A stretch of 32,622 nucleotides of DNA from Nitrospirales bacterium (GTDB lineage: Bacteria; Nitrospirota; Nitrospiria; Nitrospirales; NS-4). Shown piece by piece: positions 27,189 through 32,622 of the stretch (the stretch's first letter is position 1; each line of letters begins with the position of its first letter). The position numbers and the translations under genes were made by a program. The stretch is taken from positions 3,423-36,044 of the forward strand of contig JAVHQA010000142.1 in NCBI GenBank assembly GCA_036170875.1, given 5' to 3'. The notes below the pieces were generated by a model, which was not told where the DNA came from, did no database searches, and was given only the letters and a program-made list of their open reading frames with translations.

Positions 27189-27394
27189 GCGAACACCCTC
27201 AGATGTCTAACGGGTCGACCTGAAATTCGTTACTTTTGCATTCTGGCTCGCGCAACCTATTGAATACACGACAAACATTTACAGACTCGGAAAGTTCGCC
27301 AAGCTTGTCTTTATTTCGTTATTCATAGGTAACCAGTGACAAGGGTCATATCAAGGGCGAAGAGTGAAGAAATACGTGCGGTTCGAAGGGGGGG

Positions 27395-28084
27395 TTATTC
27401 GGACTTAGTCAGCCGATTGAGATCCTCCTGCCTGCCGACGAGGACCAGAATATCCTCCTTTTCGATGACATCATCGAGCGCGGGGGTCACATTAAACACC
27501 TCTTCGGTGGTCATCCGACCCTTGACCATCCGGCAGACTTTCTTCCGAATACCGATGATGTTGACATTGTACGTCTCCCGGATCTTGGCTTCACGCAAGC
27601 GAAGACCCGACATGCGTTCAGGAACGGTCAACTCTTCCACGCTGAATCCGGGCGACAGCTCGAGATATTCCAGCACGTTCGGAGAGATCAGCCGCTGGGC
27701 CAGCCTGATCGCGGCATCGCGCTCCGGGAAAATGACCTCGGTCACACCCAGATTTTTCAGGATTTTGCCGTGCTGGGCGGTGACCCCCTTGGCGATGATC
27801 TGCTTGACACCCATTTCCTTCAAGGTCTGCACGATCAGAATACTGGCTTCGATGTTCTCGCCGATGCTCACGACCGCCACATCCACGTTCTGCGCGCTGA
27901 TGGCCTTGAGCGCCTTCTCGTCGGTCGCGTCGCACTGGACCGCGAACGTCGCCAGGTCACTGATGGACTGGACTTTCTCCGGGTCCGTATCGATCGCCAG
28001 GACTTCACATCCCTCTTTCACGAGCGTTTCCGCCACGCCGTACCCGAAGCGCCCCAGCCCGATCACCGCCACTTGACGTTTCAT
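27395..28084 (-). CDS. ktrA: K+ transport regulatory subunit, KtrA/TrkA type (RCK_N plus RCK_C)
   Basis: ORF track, 229 aa: [21 protein letters not shown] (NAD-binding GxGxxG) and a C-terminal TrkA-C-like half. SD GGGGAGG upstream. Confidence 0.9.
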   Translation of the reverse strand: MKRQVAVIGLGRFGYGVAETLVKEGCEVLAIDTDPEKVQSISDLATFAVQCDATDEKALKAISAQNVDVAVVSIGENIEASILIVQTLKEMGVKQIIAKGVTAQHGKILKNLGVTEVIFPERDAAIRLAQRLISPNVLEYLELSPGFSVEELTVPERMSGLRLREAKIRETYNVNIIGIRKKVCRMVKGRMTTEEVFNVTPALDDVIEKEDILVLVGRQEDLNRLTKSE

Positions 28085-28090
28085 AGCCTC

Positions 28091-28125
28091 CCCTTTCGTG
28101 CCTATCGCACAGCCCTTCGTGCCTA
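28091..28125. repeat. Direct repeat (13-14 nt, 21-nt period) spanning the ktrB stop and the ktrA RBS
   Basis: The plus strand has ccctttcgtgccta (28091..28104) and cccttcgtgccta (28113..28125). On the minus strand these read TAGGCACGAAGGG ... TAGGCACGAAAGGGGAGG. The first copy contains the ktrB TAG and the second contains the ktrA SD. Confidence 0.8.
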
Positions 28126-29523
28126 GCCCAGCACCACACGCGCCTGCGCGTAGCGATACCGCAGATCCTCATGGGTCTTGACCGCAAACAAGCCGATGGC
28201 GAGCGGCCCCAGACGCCCCAGAAACATGGTCGCGATGATGACGCATTTGCCGAAATCGCTGAACAGGGCGGAGAGGCTCAGCACGCCGCCATTCCCGGTG
28301 GACAGCCCCACGGTGCCCGCCGCGGACGCCACCTCGAACATGATCCTCAGGAAGGGCTGGTTCTCCGAGTACGACAGGAGCATGGTAAAGCCCGTGACGA
28401 GGCCGAGCGCCAGGACCGCCAGGACGTACGACTTGATCACCAGCTCCTGGGGGATCCGTCGGTGGAACATCATGACGTCGGCCCGCCCTTTCAACGTTCC
28501 CCAGATCGACGCGCAGATGATCCCGAAGGTCGTCGTCTTGATTCCCCCTCCGGTGCCGCCCGGGGACGCCCCGACGACCATCAGCAGGGTGATCAAGTAC
28601 AGGGTGGGCGTCGCCACGAGGCCCAGATCGATGGTGTTGAATCCCGCCGTCCGCGCCGAGACGGAGTGGAAATAGGCCACCAGAAACTGGTCGCCGACGG
28701 GCATCTCCGCCAGCGTTTTTTCATTCTGCACTTCGAAGACCCATATCCCGAGCGTCCCCCCGATGATCAGCAATACCGAGACCAGCAGGACCAGCTTGGT
28801 GTGGGTCGACAGACGGAACCGGTGCCCGTGAATGTTGTCCAGAACATCCCGGTACACCAGGAACCCGATCCCCCCCAGCACGATTAATGTCGTGATCGTC
28901 AGATTGACGGTCAGGTCCGTCCGATACGCCTCCAGGGCGAGGTTTTCGGAGAACAGGGAGAACCCCGCGTTGTTGAAGGCCGACACGGCATGGAAGACGC
29001 CGAAGTACAGGGCGCGCGCGGGGTCCATGTCGAAGGAGAACCGGATCGCGAGGATCAGCGCCCCGACTGATTCCACAATGAAGGCGATCGCCACAATGAC
29101 CTTCACAAACCGCACGAGGCCTTCCATGCTCAAGGTGTTCAGCACTTCCATCATCATCATGCGTTCCCGCAGCCCGATGCGGCGGCCCATCGCCAGCAGC
29201 AGCAGGGTGACGGTCGCTGAATAACCGAGCCCGCCCAACTGCATGCCCAGGAGAATGACCAGTTGGCCGAAGAGCGTGAAGTCCTGCGGAGTATCCATGA
29301 CAATCAGGCCTGTCACACAGACCGCCGACGTCATGGTGAAGAGTGCGTCGATGAACCGAATGCCCGGCCCCTCGGTCGCGAAGGGGAGCATCAGGAGCAG
29401 TGCGCCGATCAGGATCATGCCCAGAAATGCCACGGGCACGATCTGCTTGGCCGTGTACTGACCCCCGCGGGCCCAGTCCATGACCCTCGCGGCCGCTCCC
29501 CGCTGAACGATCGTGTGCTCCAT
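28123..29523 (-). CDS. ktrB: K+ transporter membrane subunit, KtrB/TrkH family
   Basis: ORF track 28123..29526 (TTG start). The adjacent ATG at 29523 is preferred. Polytopic, with repeated pore-loop-like segments (SAVCVTGL, SAFNNAGF, SARTAGFN, AGTVGLS). Confidence 0.9.
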   Translation of the reverse strand: MEHTIVQRGAAARVMDWARGGQYTAKQIVPVAFLGMILIGALLLMLPFATEGPGIRFIDALFTMTSAVCVTGLIVMDTPQDFTLFGQLVILLGMQLGGLGYSATVTLLLLAMGRRIGLRERMMMMEVLNTLSMEGLVRFVKVIVAIAFIVESVGALILAIRFSFDMDPARALYFGVFHAVSAFNNAGFSLFSENLALEAYRTDLTVNLTITTLIVLGGIGFLVYRDVLDNIHGHRFRLSTHTKLVLLVSVLLIIGGTLGIWVFEVQNEKTLAEMPVGDQFLVAYFHSVSARTAGFNTIDLGLVATPTLYLITLLMVVGASPGGTGGGIKTTTFGIICASIWGTLKGRADVMMFHRRIPQELVIKSYVLAVLALGLVTGFTMLLSYSENQPFLRIMFEVASAAGTVGLSTGNGGVLSLSALFSDFGKCVIIATMFLGRLGPLAIGLFAVKTHEDLRYRYAQARVVLG

Positions 29524-29536
29524 CAAAAGTGGCGGA

Positions 29537-30286
29537 TCAGGGCTTCTTCATTGCTTGCAGGAAGGGCGAAATGAGGTCGATCGGAACAGGAAAGATCGTC
29601 GTCGAGTTTTTTTCGGCCGCCACTTCCACCAGTGTCTGGAGGTACCGGAGCTGCAGCGCGATGGGGTTGCGCGCCATGACGTCGGCGGCCTCCAGGAGCT
29701 TCTGGGAAGCCTGGAATTCCCCTTCGGCGTGAATGACCTTGGCGCGCCGCTCGCGTTCGGCCTCCGCCTGCTTGGCGATGGCGCGTTGCATCTCCTGGGG
29801 CAGGTCCACGTTCTTGACCTCGACGACCGTGACCTTGACTCCCCAGGGCTCGGTCTGCTGGTCAATGATCCGCTGAAGTTCCACATTGATTTCGTCCCGC
29901 TTGGCCAGCAGCTCGTCCAGCTGGCTCTGACCCAGCACGCTTCGCAGGGTCGTCTGGGCAATCTGGGAGGTCGAATAGAGGTAATCCTGGACGGCCAGGA
30001 CGGCCCGCTGGGGATCCACGACGCGAAAAAAGATGACGGCGTTGACCTTGACCGACACGTTGTCACGGGTAATCACGTCCTGGGCCGGCACGTCCATGGT
30101 GACCGTCTGGAGGTTCACCCGGAGCATCTTCTGGATACCCGGCCACACAATGATCAGGCCAGGCCCTTTGACGGAATCAAATTTCCCCAGGAAAAAGATC
30201 ACGCCGCGCTCGTATTCCATCAGGATATTGATACTGTTATAAAGGACGGCAAGCACCAGAATAATCGGAATCCAATACCCAATCAT
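29537..30286 (-). CDS. SPFH/band-7 protein (prokaryotic stomatin/slipin)
   Basis: ORF track, 249 aa. N-terminal TM, then [15 protein letters not shown]...[17 protein letters not shown], then the coiled-coil [31 protein letters not shown]. Confidence 0.92.
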   Translation of the reverse strand: MIGYWIPIILVLAVLYNSINILMEYERGVIFFLGKFDSVKGPGLIIVWPGIQKMLRVNLQTVTMDVPAQDVITRDNVSVKVNAVIFFRVVDPQRAVLAVQDYLYSTSQIAQTTLRSVLGQSQLDELLAKRDEINVELQRIIDQQTEPWGVKVTVVEVKNVDLPQEMQRAIAKQAEAERERRAKVIHAEGEFQASQKLLEAADVMARNPIALQLRYLQTLVEVAAEKNSTTIFPVPIDLISPFLQAMKKP

Positions 30287-30304
30287 CGCATCTCCTCTCT
30301 CGGC

Positions 30305-31645
30305 TTACTTGCGGCGCGGCTGCACGGTCAGCGTCAGGCCCGACACCGTCTTCACTTCGACTTCTTCGCCTTCCCGGATCGGCTCCTCGCTGACGGCGTC
30401 CCAGAGTTCTCCCTGCAGAAGCACTTTCCCGTGCGGAGCCAGTTCAGTCTTGGCGACGGCGATCGTCCCGACCATGCTTTCGACTCCCGTGACGGGCCGG
30501 CGCCGATGGGACTTCACGGCGAGCCAGGTCACCGCCAGGAAAAGCCCCCCGAAGGTCACCACCGTGGGAATGATCACCGACAGGGACACTTTCAGAAACG
30601 GCACATCGGTCTTCACGAGCATGAGGCCCCCCAGGACCATCGACGCGATCCCCCCCAGGCTCAGCAGGCCGTAGCTCACGACCTTGATCTCGAGGATGAA
30701 CAACACGATGCCCAGCAGGATGAGCAGCACGCCCGCATAGTTGATGGGCAGGGTCTGCAGGGAATAGAACGCGAGGATGAGGCTGATGGCCCCGACGATG
30801 CCCGGCAGAATGGCCCCTGGATTGTACAGTTCCGCGATCAATCCGATCGTGCCGAGCGTCATGAGAATGAAGGCGATATTGGGGTCGCTCAGCGCCTTGA
30901 GCGCGTCGAGCCGCCAGCCCATGACGGTCTCTGTCACCGGCGCCCCCTTGGTCCGGAGCACGACTTTGCCGGCCCCCGTGACGACCTCCCGACCATCCAC
31001 CGCCGCCAGCAGGGACGGCAGGTCCTCCGCGACCAGGTCAATGACCTTCAGCGTCAGCGCTTCCTTCTCCGTCACCGACAGGCTCTTCCGGACCGCGTCT
31101 TCGGCCCATTGGACGTTCCGGCCCCGCTTCTCGGCGATGGATTTGATGTAGGCCGCGGCGTCGTTCTCGACCTTGGCCTTCATCACGGCGTCCATCTCGC
31201 CCCCCCCCATCGCCACGGGGTGCGCCGCGCCCACGTTCGTGCCCGGCGCCATCGCCGCAATGTGCGCGGCGTAGAGGATAAACACCCCGGCCGAAGCCGC
31301 CCGCCCGCCGCTTGGTGACACATAGACGATCACCGGGATCGGAGAAGCCGTGATGTCCTTGATGATGAGCCGCATGGACGTGTCGAGCCCGCCGGGGGTA
31401 TCGAGCCGCAGCACGACAGCCGCGGCGCCTGCTTCCTGAGCCACCGCCAGCACGTGATTGATGTATTCGGCCGCCACCGGATTGATGACGCCCTCGTAGG
31501 TCCCCACGTGCACCGCCTCCCGAACGCTCTCGCCGGTTTTCCCGAAGCCCGCCGACGCGGTCAGCATTAGGAAGAAGCCCGTGAGAAAAATACCGGTGAG
31601 GCGGATGATCGGGAGGCGGCGGCGGCCCTGTAATCTCAAGCGCAT
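30305..31645 (-). CDS. nfeD: Membrane-bound NfeD-family serine protease (ClpP-class domain, TM region, C-terminal OB domain)
   Basis: ORF track, 446 aa: LRLDTPGGLDTSM, SGGRAASAGVFILYAAHIAAMAPGTNVGAAHPV. Four to five TM helices, then a C-terminal beta-rich NfeD domain (GKVLLQGELWDAVSEEPIREGEEVEV). Directly upstream of the SPFH gene, which is the classic pairing. Confidence 0.9.
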   Translation of the reverse strand: MRLRLQGRRRLPIIRLTGIFLTGFFLMLTASAGFGKTGESVREAVHVGTYEGVINPVAAEYINHVLAVAQEAGAAAVVLRLDTPGGLDTSMRLIIKDITASPIPVIVYVSPSGGRAASAGVFILYAAHIAAMAPGTNVGAAHPVAMGGGEMDAVMKAKVENDAAAYIKSIAEKRGRNVQWAEDAVRKSLSVTEKEALTLKVIDLVAEDLPSLLAAVDGREVVTGAGKVVLRTKGAPVTETVMGWRLDALKALSDPNIAFILMTLGTIGLIAELYNPGAILPGIVGAISLILAFYSLQTLPINYAGVLLILLGIVLFILEIKVVSYGLLSLGGIASMVLGGLMLVKTDVPFLKVSLSVIIPTVVTFGGLFLAVTWLAVKSHRRRPVTGVESMVGTIAVAKTELAPHGKVLLQGELWDAVSEEPIREGEEVEVKTVSGLTLTVQPRRK

Positions 31646-31715
31646 GGATCAGTTTAACCTGCGGTTATCGTAGACCCCACCCCCCCTACCCTGTCAAGGA
31701 AAGACCGGTATGCGC

Positions 31716-32622
31716 CTAGCGCCCCGCGGCCTGGAGCCCGGCGAGCAGTTCCTGTGCCTGCCTGGCGTCATCGGGCGAGAGCGGCGCCTGCCCGAAGCGC
31801 ACCCGGCAATAGAGTCCGGTCAATGACTCGACAGACCGCGCCGCCTCACCCCGCTCGCGCGCCACCTGTCTGGCGAATTCCAGAGGAGTCGCCCCTGGAG
31901 GCTTCAACAGCCCCTGGGCCTCCAGAATCCGCAGCATCCGCTCATACAAGTGGATCACGGCCATCTGACGGGCCGTGCGCGGATCCGCATGCCGGGCCCC
32001 GCCGCTCCGCCCCAGCCGGCTCCAGGCCAGGACCAACCCCGCGACAAGCATGACGGCCGCCAGGCCTCCCAGAAGGAACCCACCATAGGCGCTCGCCGAC
32101 TCGGTCAGCCATGCCTTGACGGACGACATGCCGCGGGTGAGCACGGACAGGAAATCGGACACCTCCGACCGCACCTTCTCGCCGCCTTCACGAAGACTCT
32201 TGGCGGCGGTCATCTGGTCGCGGAAGCTGTACTGCACAACATAGCGGTCCCACTTCAGGCGGACCGAGTCCACGACCTTGCCGAGCTTCCCCAAAAAAGA
32301 CGGCGCCGCGGCGGGCACGTTGGGCGTCGGATCAAACGTCACCCACCCCGATCCGGGGAAATACACCTCCACCCAGGCATGCGCGTCCTGCTGGCGGACC
32401 GAGTAGTAGTTGCCGAAGTCGTTCCACGGGCCCGGCAGGAAGCCGGTCACCAGGCGCGAGGGAATGCCCAGAGTCCTGAGCATCACCACCATCGCCGTCG
32501 CATAGTGTTCGCAGTAGCCGGTCTTGCGGGTGAACAGAAAGTCCTCCACGGGACTCGCCGAGATGGTCGTGCCGACGTCGAGGCTGTACTGGTACGTCTG
32601 TTGGAGATGCCGCTCGACGGCC
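31716..32622 (-). CDS. Transglutaminase-like protein, C-terminal part (TGase core, TM, DUF4129-like tail); the 5' end lies beyond the window
   Basis: ORF track 31716..32549, but the frame stays open to 32621 (AVERHLQQTYQYSLDVGTTISASPVEDFLF...). Cys-His-Asp core: GYCEHYA, DAHAWVEVY, TFDPTP. TM segment GFLLGGLAAVMLVAGLVLAW. Confidence 0.85.
   Translation of the reverse strand, partial: AVERHLQQTYQYSLDVGTTISASPVEDFLFTRKTGYCEHYATAMVVMLRTLGIPSRLVTGFLPGPWNDFGNYYSVRQQDAHAWVEVYFPGSGWVTFDPTPNVPAAAPSFLGKLGKVVDSVRLKWDRYVVQYSFRDQMTAAKSLREGGEKVRSEVSDFLSVLTRGMSSVKAWLTESASAYGGFLLGGLAAVMLVAGLVLAWSRLGRSGGARHADPRTARQMAVIHLYERMLRILEAQGLLKPPGATPLEFARQVARERGEAARSVESLTGLYCRVRFGQAPLSPDDARQAQELLAGLQAAGR

Noticed and set aside
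27376-27394. GGTTCGAA, resembling a tRNA T-loop, followed by a G7 run just downstream of ktrA
   Set aside because: The flanks cannot form a T-stem, and no acceptor, D or anticodon arms can be drawn. It is not a tRNA or tRNA fragment.
29513-31318. A 601-aa plus-strand ORF
   Set aside because: It is antisense to the well-supported SPFH and nfeD genes. Its composition is rich in R/H/D/G/Q with no recognisable domain. I treat it as a shadow ORF.

Overview
This 32.6 kb window is visibly GC-rich (about mid-60s % by eye, not computed), densely coding, and looks like bacterial core chromosome. I found no rRNA or tRNA genes, CRISPR arrays, transposases, integrases or phage genes.

Positions 1-17077 (minus strand) hold a complete, canonically ordered division/cell-wall (dcw) cluster: rsmH-ftsL-ftsI-murE-murF-mraY-murD-ftsW-murG-murC-murB-ddl-ftsQ-ftsA-ftsZ. 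ftsZ runs off the window start. Eleven of the 14 gene junctions overlap (ATGA, GTGA, TAATG, TAGTG, or 14 nt).

mraZ is absent from its usual position. In its place is a 384-nt non-coding region carrying:
- a near-consensus sigma70 promoter;
- GTGGG direct repeats with 10-bp phasing that resemble MraZ boxes;
- a long hairpin plus U-tract (an intrinsic-terminator shape) ending 32 nt upstream of rsmH.

Downstream features, in order:
- asnS (minus strand).
- A divergent FG-GAP seven-blade propeller protein with a signal peptide (plus strand).
- A small plus-strand operon: a 60-aa 2-TM protein, a 62-aa zinc-ribbon protein, and an S11 D-Ala-D-Ala carboxypeptidase.
- A long minus-strand run: transglutaminase-like protein (partial), nfeD, SPFH/stomatin, ktrB, ktrA, an RpoD-family sigma factor, an htrA-like protease, lipB, a 122-aa unknown, glutamate dehydrogenase, a 126-aa membrane protein and a 177-aa secreted unknown.

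My assessment is that this is mostly ordinary housekeeping DNA, and I see no clear novel multi-gene system. The most interesting candidates are the mraZ-less dcw leader with its attenuator-like structure, the small-protein genes coupled to the carboxypeptidase, the nfeD-SPFH-ktrBA linkage, and the apparently leaderless divergent promoter pair at asnS / FG-GAP.

Many long ORFs in the supplied track are antisense shadows or upstream extensions typical of high-GC DNA. I trimmed or rejected these.
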